Shown here piece by piece: positions 11,046 through 24,748 of a DNA stretch of 33,764 bases (position 1 is its first letter; every line of letters begins with the position of its first letter). A program made the position numbers and the translations under genes. Below the pieces are notes generated by a model that had not been told where the DNA came from, did no database searches, and was given only the letters and a program-made list of their open reading frames with translations. Origin of the DNA: Welwitschia mirabilis (lineage: Eukaryota); assembly GCA_051453625.1 (NCBI GenBank), contig JBOZIK010000001.1:11599059-11632822 (forward strand), given 5' to 3'.

Positions 11046-12779
11046 TCCATCTATAATTTAACCCTTATATTTTTATTACCTTAAATCAAAATATCTAATG
11101 TTTTACCTTAATAAGAAAAATCCACTTATCATTAGATATTTTTATTTATCATTCCCCCCTAATTGCATTAAATATTTGTAAGATTTGCTATAAGATTCTT
11201 TCTTATTATTCTCTTTGGGGTTTATATTTTTTTCTTTGAATTCATTGTAATGGTTTATATTTTCATTTCTCTTCCTTTGAAATTCCTTTCGATTGTAATG
11301 CTTCTTTCTATTGTTTCTTTTCTAATTCCTTGTTTTACTTCTTATGCGAAAGGCTAACCAAAAAAATTGAGTTCATTATTTTAATTTTCATCTTTACTAT
11401 TCTCCTTCCTTGTTCCATTTAGGAAAAAAATATTATGAAGGTTTCATCCTACCTTGTACCATTATTCTTTCTTATCTACTCTTACCTTTAGGTGTTTTAT
11501 GTTTTCTTCTGTCTTTTCAAATATTGAACATAAACTTAAAAGTTTACATCACACTAAGGCATCAACATAAATTATTTATAACTAAGGATGAATACCTTGA
11601 TTTTCTTTCAAGATTTATCATTTTAATGTTTTCTATTTGCTTATGCTTAATTTAAATATATAACCATGTTAAGTTGAACTTATACACTTTATTTATGACA
11701 AGATATAGATGAATTGATTCTTTGAATTTAAATGCAACAACTTCAAGAATGTCCTTATTCCAAAATTAATGGCAGATCCTTACATTATTATTAATATTTA
11801 CTCCTTTTAAATGTTTATTTATTTATCTTTTATGATTTTCATTTGGTCATAGCTAATCAAAGAGATTAAAAATCACAATAGTAGATAGAGAAAACTATTA
11901 ATATCTTTATTTGTTTTAAAAAATAAAAATAATAAATTCACTAAATTATTTCAAAAATTTTAGAGTTACTAGTGGTAGAAAAATTGAATGTAAAATATGT
12001 AATAAATAATAAATGTAAATAATAATTAAATAAATAGAAAACTAAAAATAAGTTGAGTTTATATGATTCTAATCCTTTCTATCCTATCTCTAAGGAATAA
12101 TGTAGTTTTTTTAAATAGAATTAAAAACATTAAGAATATAGTTTTTCATTCCATGTCTAAGTGCAATGGTTTCATTTATATACTATTTAACATTTCCCTC
12201 TTTATTGTATACTTGTAGGATTCTTAAAGGTATTTAAAGGTGTTATTATCATCCTTGTAAGCTTTAAGATCCTAATGATAGATTTACACTAACTAAACTT
12301 CTACATAGATATAGTTTTATGAAAAGAAAACTCTTTAGATATGTTATCATTAATGCTAGAATATAAAAAATAATTAATTACATACAAAGAAAATCATTAC
12401 TCCTTAAGCTTAAAATTCCTACTCTAATTTAGAGCCACTAACTAGACATCCAACCTTATTTACTAACATGCTAATTAGACTTTTACAAGAGTGGTATATT
12501 ACCTAAATATTCCTTAATCATTACAAAATACATCAAATTTAGTAAAGTAATATTCAATGACATTATTTTTTCACAACTAATTTAGATTTTTCTAAATATA
12601 TAATGTTTTCTCCATATTTCAAAATATTCAAATCACTTTTACTAACATTAGCTTTTTGTTTATGTTAAAGTTAAGCATTAGAACATACTAAAACTATTAA
12701 TGTAAAGCCAATAATGTTTAAACTCAATTTGAAATATTTTGCCATTATGTCTCTAAGAATCTAGAATCTATTGAATAAA

Positions 12780-14560
12780 ATAAATGTACACGATAGGAGT
12801 TTGAAAGATGTCCTTTATAAAGTTACCTAGATTTTTGGGTAAAACTTGAAATAATTTCATCAAATTATGGCTAGTGATGTTCTATCCATTTGGAATGTTA
12901 TCTACTTATGAACATTTATAGAAACAATATTTATCTTCAATAATATTTTGACCTAATATTGAAATAATTGTTCTTTATAAGAAACATGAAATCATTTATC
13001 TATTTTAATTCATAAATAATGAGATTTCATTCTGATCCTACTAATTCAAATCCACAAATAATGTGAAATGATAGCACTTAAATAAGTTATCTTTGGAGAG
13101 GTTCTTTTTCTAATACTATTTAAATAAACTTGCTTCTTTCTGTTCTCATTTTCCCATATGCTGCTTTAAAGTGATTTTTATTTTATAATTGTTTGAAATT
13201 GTTTAGGATCTTAATGAAAACATTATTTTTTTATATTTAATTACCTAGGACAACTATTTCCCTCATAAAAGAAATTTCTTGAGTCACATGAAACATCCTA
13301 TTAGAACATGTGTCAATAATAAAATTTAAAAGATTATGATTATAAGCTAGAAACTAATTAATAGCTTCTACCATCAAAGGCATCAATTTAGCTTTAAAAA
13401 GCATAATATCATTTTGTGTTTAGTGTTTATCTTATGTTATTTTAATTTTTAAACTTTATATATTTTGTTCGAGTATTTATTTATTAATGTAGAGCCTTAA
13501 AAGCCAAAACCAGATTTTTTTTTTTTTTTTTTTTGGTTAAATGAAAATTCCAATACAAAATTTGTTATATTTATTTTTCAAGAAAAACAAGGATTTTATA
13601 CCTCTAATTGCCCTTTTATTAATGCACTCATCTATTTATAATTATTAAAGTTTTTCAATTCTAAGTATTTCTAGAATGAAGTAATTTTAACATGTTCATT
13701 TTCTATTTGTAAAAAATAGTATCACCTGTGTTGTAAATTATAACTTTGACTTTTTAACATTTTTCTTCATTTTAGACTCATAGAAAACTCTATCCAAAAT
13801 ATGTGGCATATGTTGTAAATATTTCTTTATTTTAGAAGTTAATGCAACATAATTCATAAAGAGAAAGAGGTTCACAGGATTATTATTTATTTGTATAGCA
13901 TGATTAGAGGATATCTTGTTTGTGCAAGCATCTAATTCATCAATAAAAATCCCAAAAAATATGAGAAAGAGAGGACAACCTTGGTTAACACCGATAAAAA
14001 TATAAAACATCATGGTTTCTTAAGAAACACTATCTATTAGCTAGATACATATCTCTAACTTTTGAATTGTAGACAATAATGTTACTGGAGTTATAATATT
14101 TTATAACTAATATTAAAGTCAATTCCTAATGATTGAATCATATGCTTGATAAAAATCCATGAAATAGATTTTTGAACCTTTATTAATAAGATGCTTCAAA
14201 TTGATAATATGATCTAGTATAGAATGATATTACCAAAGGTAAGTTAAGAAATGATGTAATTTTTTTCCTTTATCCATCTACTAATATTTGCTTCATTGAT
14301 AGTTCTAAGAGTTTTATAAAAAATTACTAATTACAAATAATCCCTAATATTTAAATTTTATTTCTCTCTACTTTTTTATAACATTCTTATCAATATGTCA
14401 TTTTTTGCCTAATCTAAATTTTAATGCATGATTGAGTTTTTACCAAATTACTTTCTAGATAAAAAATATGGTCCACTTTAACATTTTCCCATGTAGGCAT
14501 TTTTCATCAATCATCTTTCCTAAAGCTAATATTTGGATTTATTTATATGTTTTCTCAAAT
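12780..14560 (-). mobile_element. degraded non-LTR retrotransposon (LINE) ORF2: RT and C-terminal region
   Basis: ORF 14013-13738 reads IGVNQGCPLFLIFFGIFIDEL...NLFLFMNYVAL...LQH...KMKKNVKKSKL, matching LINE RT GV.QG.PLSP.LF / LLYADD..L / N..KTK. Upstream DHIINLKHLI...FMDFYQAYDSI (~14215-14135) matches DF.KAFD.+. Downstream there is a KYL(G>E) motif at ~13665 and a decayed R.SSH.L..E.GR-like stretch at ~13090-13035. There are many stops and frameshifts. The element may extend to ~15600 (endonuclease not clearly readable). Confidence 0.85.
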
Positions 14561-15819
14561 GAAGGGGAAAATTTTCTATTAGGATTCAAAATAACTACTA
14601 TTCCATTTTTATTCTTAAGTATTCTTGATACAAAGTTTGAATATCTTAAAAATAAAAATTATATTCTATATTTTGTCTATATGAAAGAAACTTTAAAGAA
14701 TTCTTTGGTTCTTATTTAAGTAGATATAATAATTCTAAGTGTCATTCTTGCTTGTTTTCATTTATCATTGATTCACTATTTTTTTAGTACTTAGCCACTT
14801 AGATATATGCTGGAAAAGAAATAATAAAATTCATGAGACATTTGTAAAAGGATATCATCTTTTCTAAAGTTTAAATTAAAAATATTAATTTTATTTTTCT
14901 TTTATTATTCTCAATAAACATTTTTTTTCTTTTTTATTATTTTTCCTCCTACTAAAAAAAAAAGAAAATCTATTGTAATAATAAATATAAATATATCAAT
15001 GAAAAGTTTTAACTAAATTTAAACTTACTTTAAGATATTAAATAATTGAAAGACTCATTATGTTTGTGATGAAAAAATTAATACTTTGCATTCTTAAGGC
15101 CTATACAAGTTCAAACATTGGATTTTGAAATTTTTTTCATTTCATTCAAAACTATAGTATCTAATTTTGGTTTCCATTGTAGTTATTATTATCCCATTCA
15201 ATTTAAGCCTTAAGCAAGTATATTCCATTTAATTATACTTTCATAATCTAAGAATCTTTGAGGGTTTTAGTTAATGAGATGAACATATTAAAAACTAATA
15301 CTAGCATTGGAATATTCATAAATAAATATTTTTTTTTCTAGTTAAAGAAAATTAGCACAATATATACTATAAAAGGCCTTCTATATTATATATAATAGCT
15401 TAAAGCGAAATATAAAGGAACATTTTATGCTATGATTTTAAGATGAACAAGTTAGTATATAAAGCTCTTACTGCATTTTCAAAATAAGCTCTCCTTTTAA
15501 GATAGAGTACATTCATTAGATCTAAAATAATATGTATATTTGTCCATCAAGTATAAGAAATACTTTTTCATTGACATTAGTATTCTTTTCTTTATGTTTT
15601 ATTTTTATTTTTTAATGTGAAAGATCTTTTATTTTGAAAGCCAATGTTTCAAAATATTAAGGATAAAGTTGAGAAAGGACACAATTAACCTCCGACCTTA
15701 TTAGGATGTTGAGTATTAGTGAAATATATTCTTTAAGATATTATAATATACTTTTTAAGATTTATGATTTCTTTTGCAAATATTTTTATGGATGCACTTC
15801 CATGCTTTCTAATTTTTTG

Positions 15820-17081
15820 TATTAAACATGCTAAAAATGGATGACACAAAGTTGCTTGATATTGCGATGCCAATTTTTAGGAATTTGATGATTTATTTTG
15901 AGTACTTTTGCAAGACATTTATACATGTTTAGATGTAATTCTAATGATTATGGAAAACTAATAGAATGATCATTGAAACATGTAATTCATAGCATATTTG
16001 AAGGTATCTCAGGCTTATTTTGATACTTCATACTTTGAAGGAAGGATTAACCATATAGAACATTGATTTCCCATTGAGCTAGAAGATAGAGAGGCCTGTC
16101 ATCCCCTCTTTCGCTCCCATGATAGGCAAGACGATAACATTACTGACATGGATGGAGTCTGTGGAGCTGACTATGAGGCCTGAAGCTAATGGACCACCTT
16201 TTGATGTGGAGTGATGTTTCCATTGTTGTCCTCATGATAGGATGATAGCTATTTTCTATAGACAAAAAGAATTATCTTTGTAATGGGGTCATGCAGCCCA
16301 TGTGGGTTGCTAGGGTTTCTTCTCTGAATCTTAGAATTGTGGTTCTAGAACTTCAATATGAAACTATAAATACCCTTCCTTTTCTTCACTTCCATTTTCA
16401 TCTTTTGTAATGGATATTCTTGTTATGGACGATTAAAGGATAAGAGGTTCATCCATTAGCTACAGAGAGAAGATTACCTTGGTGTTGGGCTAAGTATCCT
16501 CCATTGAAATCCTACTACTTTATTATAAGTAGATGTTACATTGATGATTAATTTAAAAACTCTTTTTACTTCTATTATGTAAATGTCCCTTAGGGTTTAA
16601 GTTGATTATGGTCTAGTAACAACTCCATAGTTTATTTAGATCATAAGGGAAACATTTGTAAGGTTGACTCTGTTAGTTTAAATCTTACATTGCATTTCAT
16701 TTTATTTCAATTCTGTTTGGCATATCTTATAGTTTATGTTGGTTAGGAATAAGTGATAAACTCTTCTTAATTGATTTAAGTTATAAGGACTAATTCTTGT
16801 GACAAGAGGATTGGAATCCAAATATATTTGTTACAGCTGCATTTCATCCATTGCATTGTATCATCTTCATTTTTCATACATTTATGTTATTGTTTATTTA
16901 TTAGAAAAAAAAGACTAAAATGCTTTGTGAAATTAATTCTCTAACTTCTAGCCTAGTGCCTTTAATGGATTATGACATTCAAGTTAACTCTCGTCTATAC
17001 TAGTATGTGTTTTTTTGCAAGTGTTGGGATTTATAGGTTTTACTTAAGGACCTAAATATTGTATAAGTTCACACTATAATA
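15820..17081 (+). mobile_element. LTR relic, probably a solo LTR of an Athila-like Ty3/gypsy family
   Basis: The 5' end TATTAAACATGCTAAAAATGGAT resembles the LTR start at 21404 (minus). Internal CTATAAATA at 16364. The 3' end (17043-17081) is homologous to the LTR end at 31366-31404 that precedes a PBS, and 16960-17019 is homologous to 1-59. No PBS follows and no TSD is visible. Confidence 0.65.
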
Positions 17082-20000
17082 CATAGCATGCATTTTATTA
17101 ATCAAGGTACTTTACACCCATTAGATTATTTTTGTTCATTTAGTAGGACATCACATTTTCTTTTCATATTCATTATCTTTCATCTCCCACTCTTACTGTT
17201 GCAACTATGGATATGACATTAAGGGCATAATTGTTAAATAAAAAGTTTTTTTTGGTTAATATTTCCCATGCTTTCTAAGCCTTATTTAAAAGGGTGCTTA
17301 TTTAATAAAAAAGCTTATAAAGTTCTCAAGTTTTTAAAGTACGTGTCTATAAATCTCTATATAAAAAGCATATGTTATTCTAGATAACAATGAAGGAAAT
17401 CAAGGGATAACCTCAAAGTACTTCATGGACATCTCATAGTTTGATTGAAATTTTGTAATTCACATTTCGCAACATGATTGGAATTATCTAGATTTTGATC
17501 TACACAATTGAGTAAAGAAGAACAAATACTTATTCTCTAGATAAATATTGAGCAATAGCCATAAAATTTTAAAATATTTATAGAAGGATCATCTTTTTGG
17601 GTTTTAAATTAAAAATGTTACTTTATTTTTCCATTATTCAATAAGAAAAAAATTATTTTTCGATGCTAGTAAGCATGAAATCTATTGAACTAATGAAAAG
17701 AGAAGGTCAATAAGAAGATTTAACTAAGTTTTTATTTACTTTAAAATTTTGACACTTAGTAATACTCATCAAATTAATGATAAAAATAATTAATACTTAA
17801 ACATTCTAAAGGATCTACAGAACTAAAAATATTTAGATTTGATTTTTTTCATTTTTTTCAAAACTAGATAATTTAGTTCTTCTTCCTATTCTAGCATATG
17901 TTTTTTTCTATATGTTAAGAATTTCACATGAAGAAGATTTAGATCATTTGTTATATCTTTTTCAATATAGTAATAATTAATATCTATACTTATACATTAA
18001 AATGAATAGTCTTGAAGATGACCTTCTCTATTGTGTCTTAAAAAAATAAAATAAAAAGATAGATATAGAATGATGTTTTATTATATGATTTTAGCCAAAC
18101 ATAATGAATGTTTTCATCTACCTTTTTAATTCAATTTGTTTACTTAAGCTATTCTAAGTTAAAAGAGATAAATTTATAAATGGTATACATTAACTTTTCT
18201 TTTCTTTATTTGGAAAATAGGTAATATTAAAATTGAGAACTAATGGATATGGAGATTCATCTCAAAACTCTATAATGTCAAAAATGTTAAAACTTGTTGA
18301 AAGAAGAAATGATATAAAGACTAAAAACCTTATATATTATGAAGCCATTTATATTTTTAAAAAACCATAATGTAAAGATCAAAGAACCCATTTTATTTTT
18401 TTATCTAACCAAAATATATTTTACAGTAATTTTTCCTTCTTCTATAGTTGTTTTTACTTCTTTTTTTCTCTCCTTTTTTACTTTTTATTTTCCTTTTTTT
18501 TTTGGTAAAATCATTTTGTAGTAGCCTTTACTTATTAAAATCCTTCCTCTTTGTAATTGGCTTAATTTCTAAAAGCTTCTTTCTTAATCATTTGTCCTTG
18601 AATGTAATGACGATATGCCAAAGTCTATCTCCTTTGTAATCTATTATATATGTCTACAAAATAAACTACTTTATGTTATGCATTTTTTTCTAGTAACTGC
18701 AAAATTTAAATAATTAAATTTCCATACACTATTTTTAAAATCCTAATTACATATAGTTTTAAGGCTTTTTTACCCTTTTATTTTCTCTTGTTTTAGAGAT
18801 TTAAAAATAATAACATTAACATCTAATCCATGTATTCATGCATGATAAGCCTTTATAATTGTTATACTTTGTTATATTTGAAGTCATGTTCATCAATCTT
18901 AAATTTATAAAACTAGGGTACTCTACTATAGTAGAGGCAGCTTTAACTATTGTTCTATCCTAAAAAACTACAAGGAAATTTTAGAGCTCATAAAGGTTTA
19001 AGTTACTTAGAAAAGATTAAGGTTTTACTCAAAGGATTTAAAAAAGAGTTTAAGAGATTATATATTAAATAAAGTCTCCTTTTAGAAATCAAGAATGATT
19101 ATTAATAAGACAAGCTACAAAAAAAGGCCTACGTAACATGAAAATATTATATTTAATATAAAACAGATTTAAAGATAAGTAATAAATTATTCACTTTAGA
19201 TTTTAAATATCATGAAAGTGATGAGTTTAAAAATCTCCCATCTTATAATAAAATGTAGGAAACACTAAGATAACATAAAACATGTCATAAATACTAATAC
19301 ATCAATCATCTAAACCTAACAATAATTTAAAAGAACAACTCTTATTAATAAAAATAAAATAAAGTTAAAAATATGTTGTTACATATTCATTAATCATAAT
19401 TTTATCAATAATCAAATAAAATAGAAATCCAAGCACAAATCAAAGTGTAATCACCACTAATACAAATACTATAGTGAATATAACTTTGATACAAACTAAG
19501 AATTAGGATTAACAAGGCATATGCTCCATGACACAATCAGTCCCTCATCCCTAAGGACGAAAGAAAGAGGCTTAAAACCTTATAGTGAAACTAACCATTA
19601 TCATAATCATAGAAATTTGGATCTAAAATGATAGAGTTCAAATATAGAATGGAATTCTAGCATTAATCAAATGATAATTCAATGTTTAAATATAATCTAA
19701 TAATGATTAACTCTAAAGGTTAGTTTTGCTTTTATATCCTGAGACTGGGGTGTAGATTACATGGCTATATATTTAGTACATTCATATTTATAACAAATAA
19801 TTATTAGAAAATTTTGTCATGTAAGAGGATTTAGGTATGTAGTCCTTAGTCTTCTTAAGATCTAATTCCATACTTTTGTTCCTTAAATAATTTTTCCTTC
19901 ATTCTATAAGGTTAATTTAGTAAGATATTCTATGTGTAAAAATTCATTCTTTTTGGGATTTGTTTCTCCTAAGAATGCTAGTGGCATCATTGGTTTATGT

Positions 20001-20294
20001 AGTGAAACTAGATCTATTAGGAAATTTATGATAGTTAGACGGTTATAGTTTATATTGATTTAAATTTAGACTAAGTTAAAACTTAGTTATCATTCTTTCA
20101 CAAGGATAACTAGGATTAGCTAAATAAAATTTATACTAACTCTTTCTAACTTGCAAGTTATAAAAAAAAAAAAAAAGAAAAAGAAAAGGAAAAGAAGATG
20201 GAGTTGGAAAATGTTTTAAAACTTCATAGAAAAGTGGAAAGCAAGCTTCAAGTATTGCCTAATTCATCCTCCTATAATTCCTCACTCAATCATA

Positions 20295-21404
20295 TGTAGC
20301 ACTAATCTCAAAAAAAAGTTCAGACCATTAATTATAAAAGTTTAGGCCATGGTGACATAATCTCCTTTACGATTTCAGTATTAGTAAATTCAACGATCAT
20401 TGATCCTATAGCCTTATAATAAAAATGGAAAGTACAAACTAACTATGCATAAGATCCATGAAATATTAAAATTATGAACTAATTAACTAATCAAATTTAC
20501 TCAGTTGACCAAACTAAAACTTGATAGTACCTTATCCCTTAAGTATTCCTAGTATAAAATGAAATGAAACTAACAATCAAAAGGAAATAACTATTTAGTA
20601 TTAAATCAGTTAAAATGCACATTACATCAAAAATGAAAGAAAGTAGAATGGGCTTTTCAAGCTCCTTGAAAGTAAGCTCACTTTTCAAGGAAGTACTTAG
20701 AAGGCTATTATGCCTTAATGCTTTAAATATTTCTTGCTTTACCTAAATAAAGTATGAATACAATGAAGAACTCAAGGTCCTTTTATAGGTAAGCATGCAA
20801 AAAGGGAATGGTTACAAGCTTATGTCTTGTAGCATTAGGTGGATGGTTATACAATGATGACATTAGGTAGAATAGTTTATTATTTCTTCCATTTGATAGA
20901 GATTCCTGTGACGACGTCAACACTTAGCTCCTAGATGCTATAATTATTGCCAACCACTATTATTATCATGTATCTCCATTATCATCCTACTTATTAATGC
21001 CACTTGTCACTCTATGAGTTCTCATCATCATGTCATGTGTCATCAAGAATGAAGAATAATTATAAGATAAAAATATGATCAATCCCATGACTCTAATTGA
21101 TTTAATTCTTCATGATAAATCAGGAACATAAGATTTAAAATGTTCTGCCCTCCTAGACTAGTAATGCTAGTAGTCCTAGTTAGTGGCACTGATGTTTTAG
21201 CTTGATTGATCATGAACTTTTGACATAGCCTTCAAGAAGTATCAAATACCCTAAAAATTTCATGGAAAAAAACTATAAGTTTAAAATTAATATAGAAATC
21301 AATAGAAGACATGCTTTTGTGTTAAAATTAATTAAATCAATGTCTTTCATTAAGATGAATTAGTCATTTAACTTGATTATAATATCCATTTTTACATGTC
21401 AACA
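20295..21404 (-). mobile_element. LTR relic (solo-LTR-like), minus strand
   Basis: Minus-strand termini TGTTGACA… and …GTGCTACA. CTATAAAA (minus) at ~20785. GGTATTTGATACTTCTTGAAGG (minus ~21229-21250) resembles 16012-16041 of the other LTR. No TSD found. Confidence 0.5.
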
Positions 21405-21933
21405 CACTTCCTAACTAGACTTTTCCAAGTACCTTAGCAAAAGTTGATAATGATATAGTTAAACATGGAAAAATTGTCTAAGTAAAAGTGCTCAAGTGGG
21501 AAAACGACTTAACTTTGAAAAATTTCATAACTAATTTTCTATAATTAATGCATTAAAACCAAAAATTTTGATGGAAAATAGATTTCATATCCTTCAAATA
21601 AAACTAAATTTTATTCTCAAACTTATATGATAAAAAAGTATTAAAACCATTTTAAGAATATAGCCTTAGAACAATTGTGATAAGTCCTTTTATTGAAAAC
21701 CATGTAAAATGATGTAGCTAAGCTATGAAAGGGGAAAATATAACTAATGCAAAATAACCATTTTATTTATTGATAAGAATCCTAAGTGAAAAAGCAAATC
21801 TTAAAAAATTTATTTTTATGAGATGGCATGAGCTAAAATGGATGATGAAGATGGACAATGAAAATATAATAATGGACTTAACCATTAACCTATAAATAAA
21901 TGAGTAGACTTACTTAAGCTAATGGCCTTGTTA

Positions 21934-21934
<1 letters not shown>

Positions 21935-21967
<33 letters not shown>
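21935..21967. repeat. (ATT)11 microsatellite
   Basis: Eleven perfect ATT units. Confidence 0.97.
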
Positions 21968-21968
<1 letters not shown>

Positions 21969-22215
21969 GATCTTGAAATCAACTAAGTGTATTCTTAACT
22001 GAATAACTTATAAGAATTTAAGAAATCATAGCAAATCCTTAGTGTAAAAATTAAAAGACAACAAAACACTAAATTCTCTCATTCCCACGTTTTAATTTCC
22101 ATTATTTTTCATTTCTACCATTGCCTGTGTCCTTAGTTTAAGCCTTTGAATCACATGAACATCTACTATTATCACTCCACCTCTAATAGAATTAAGCATG
22201 TTGATGTATGAAGAA

Positions 22216-22330
22216 GTTAAGGCTGCGTTGCCAGTAAGCATCCATGGTCCTGATGTAGTTGAACATATCATAAAATAGATTGTTAGAGCTGCATGACCAA
22301 TGAGCATTTATAGTATCGATGTAATTAACT
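22216..22330. repeat. degenerate 66-bp tandem duplication
   Basis: GTTAAGGCTGCGTTGCCAGTAAGCATCCATGGTCCTGATGTAGTTGA at 22216 versus GTTAGAGCTGCATGACCAATGAGCATTTATAGTATCGATGTAATTAA at 22282. Confidence 0.75.
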
Positions 22331-23789
22331 AAACCCAATTAAATGATTAAAGTTATGTCTCTTTGAAGAAGATACATATACATATTATTTTTCTTTTATT
22401 TTTTTTCTCTTATTCATTTGTTTTATGCACATTTAAGGGGTCATTGGCTCATTATTCTAATCAAGATAACTATTGTACCCATCAAAGGCTTTATACTTAA
22501 GCAACACATATAAGGTAAATCTCATCTTTTTAACCAAGTTTTACTAAGATTAAAATTCTTAAGTAAATGTGCTCTTAACCATTACATTCGAAATAAGCAT
22601 AACACTTCCTTAAAACCTATAAGTAAACTTAATCGCAACCATTACTTAAATGAGAACCAAATTGCTTAGTATTGTTTTTTGTTTAAGGGTCATTAGCCTA
22701 CATAGATGACTTATTGGCTTGATAGGGTTATTAGGAAATGAAAGGAGCAAATAGAGAATCTTAAGAGAATAAGATTTAAGAATTATTAAGTAATAAGATT
22801 TAAGATGATGGTTATACAAATGGAAGTGCCTGTGCAGTTTTAAGAGAGATAGACCATCGAGCACATATTTTTCAAGTCTTTTATTTTTTTTTTGAAAAAT
22901 AAATCTAAAGAAAAATCTATCCTACAAAAAAATTTAACCTAAAAGCCAAAAATTCTTTAAAGTAATATGTGTGTGAGGGTTCAACATTATGGAAACAATA
23001 GTTGGATGATTCAAAACTTTGCGAAAGTTTTTGAACTAGAAGAAAATTTATGTAAATCCTTATGCAAGAGTCTATGAATTTAGAAATAACATTAGCACTA
23101 GTATAAATGTTTATCTATTTAAAATGAGTAACAGTCCATGCCTCAGCTATTCTATGTTAAATCAACAACTTTTATAAAACATCATTTTGGGAATAAGATA
23201 AAAGCAAATTAGAAATTACTTTGATAAGGTAACTATTCATCAAAAGAATTGAGGTTCTTAAAAGTTGGTTCCAGTTCTATAGAAGTTTTATCTTCTTTAC
23301 TAAGACTTGGTTCTTACTTAGTAAATAAAGATGAATATGAATAATTAACTCATGAAACTATTGACAGAAGATTTAGGATGGATCATGGAATGGTTCTTTG
23401 TTAATGCTTTCTTCCTTATTAAGGTTACTAGTGGATTTCTCCTCATGTATTTACTTAAGTGACAATTATCATGGTTTGATGTTATTTACTTAATGTCATT
23501 TAATGGCTCATTATTTTTGTAGAACTCTCTAAGGTATATCCTTTTTTACATGGTTGTTCATCTTCTAATTTTTCCTCTAAAGTATTTAATCATGCTTAAA
23601 AGCATAAATTTCACATAGATAATTGATCATTAACTAATGCATTTTTAAATTCAAAATCCTCATTTGGGTCTTCCTCATTGGATGTGGCTTAAGTATCATT
23701 AGTTTTAACATCTTTAAGACTTTCAAACTTTTAAGGCTCTTAGATTAATGGATTGGAGGAAGATCTTCTTTCAACATCATTAATACTCA

Positions 23790-24198
23790 ATAATGTCACA
23801 TGTCCCTACTACAAGTCATCATCATCACTGTCATGTGACATCCAAGATGCAAGTCATTTTTGATATTAAATATGTTCAATTCCATAACTACATTTGATCT
23901 AATTTTATATGACAAGTCAAGAACATGAGATTTGAGGTGATCTACTCATAAATACTAGTGACATTAGGTAACTTGTATGACAACATTAACATTTTAGGCT
24001 AGATGTTGATCATATTTTGTAATGTTCCTCAAAGTGGGATAGTGAACCTGAAAAGATCATGGAAAAATGATAAGTCTGTAATTATTATGAAAAAATGTTA
24101 GAATACATGTTTTTATGATAAATTAGTTATATGAATATCATCTATTAAGATAAATTAGTTAGTTAACTTAATCAAAATGTCAATTTCTATGTGTTAGT
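23790..24198 (-). mobile_element. partial LTR copy (5' ~400 bp), same family as 20295-21404
   Basis: Collinear diverged direct repeat of ~20995-21404, sharing TCATCATCA..TGTCATGTG.CATC, GAACAT.AGATTT, TTGATCAT, TCATGGAAAAA and ATTAAGAT.AATTAGT...TTAACTT. Confidence 0.7.
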
Positions 24199-24748
24199 GG
24201 AGTGTAATCATATCATTGTTCCATCAAAAGCTAAAATTCATTGGGTTTAAAATTTGAGTACCATTATAATGAAATCACACTACACTAAACATGAAGGCTT
24301 CATCCACATCATCTTCTTCCTGCCACCTCCTTTATTCAATATGATGACCATCTCTTTCTTGCACTTGAAACATGATCTAGTAAACCCTCATAAAATGGAG
24401 GTCTTACTGATTCTAGACACTCGAATCTTAGATGCAAGATGGATTTCATTTCTTCTAGATGATTTTCCAAATAGCTCAAGATTAAAGCTTCTAAAAATAT
24501 TTTTCCAACAAAAAAAAAGAGAAAATAAAAACAAAACACCAAAAAAAAAAAACAAAGATGAGAAAAAAAAATGTACATATGTATATATATTACATATATA
24601 TAAGATACATAATATATATTTTAAAAATGATAATACTAATCCTAAAAAATAAAGATAAAAACACAAAAATTTTGTTTTCCTAGCTTACTTATTTTTCCAA
24701 AACACAAAGGATAATATCCTTGATGGTTAAAGCACCTCATGCTAAATG

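Noticed and set aside
17100..20290. AT-rich stretch examined for transposase, Helitron or endogenous viral remnants
   Set aside because: No motif recognisable by eye; probably decayed repeats, but unassignable without a search.
20664..20690. Short hairpin CCTTGAAAGT-N6-ACTTTTCAAGG
   Set aside because: Too short for a miRNA precursor, lies inside an LTR relic, and could be chance.
22092..22307. ORF with repeated MLxGxAALT motif, resembling a repeat-core peptide precursor
   Set aside because: Explained by the 66-bp DNA duplication. No signal peptide or gene context, and it lies among LTR relics.
22990..23200. Possible second copia RT fragment (…ENLCK…KSL…H*YK)
   Set aside because: Needs several frameshifts to align; too decayed to support without a profile search.
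24254..24666. 132-, 92- and 80-aa ORFs rich in Lys or Phe
   Set aside because: Produced by A-rich and AT low-complexity sequence.
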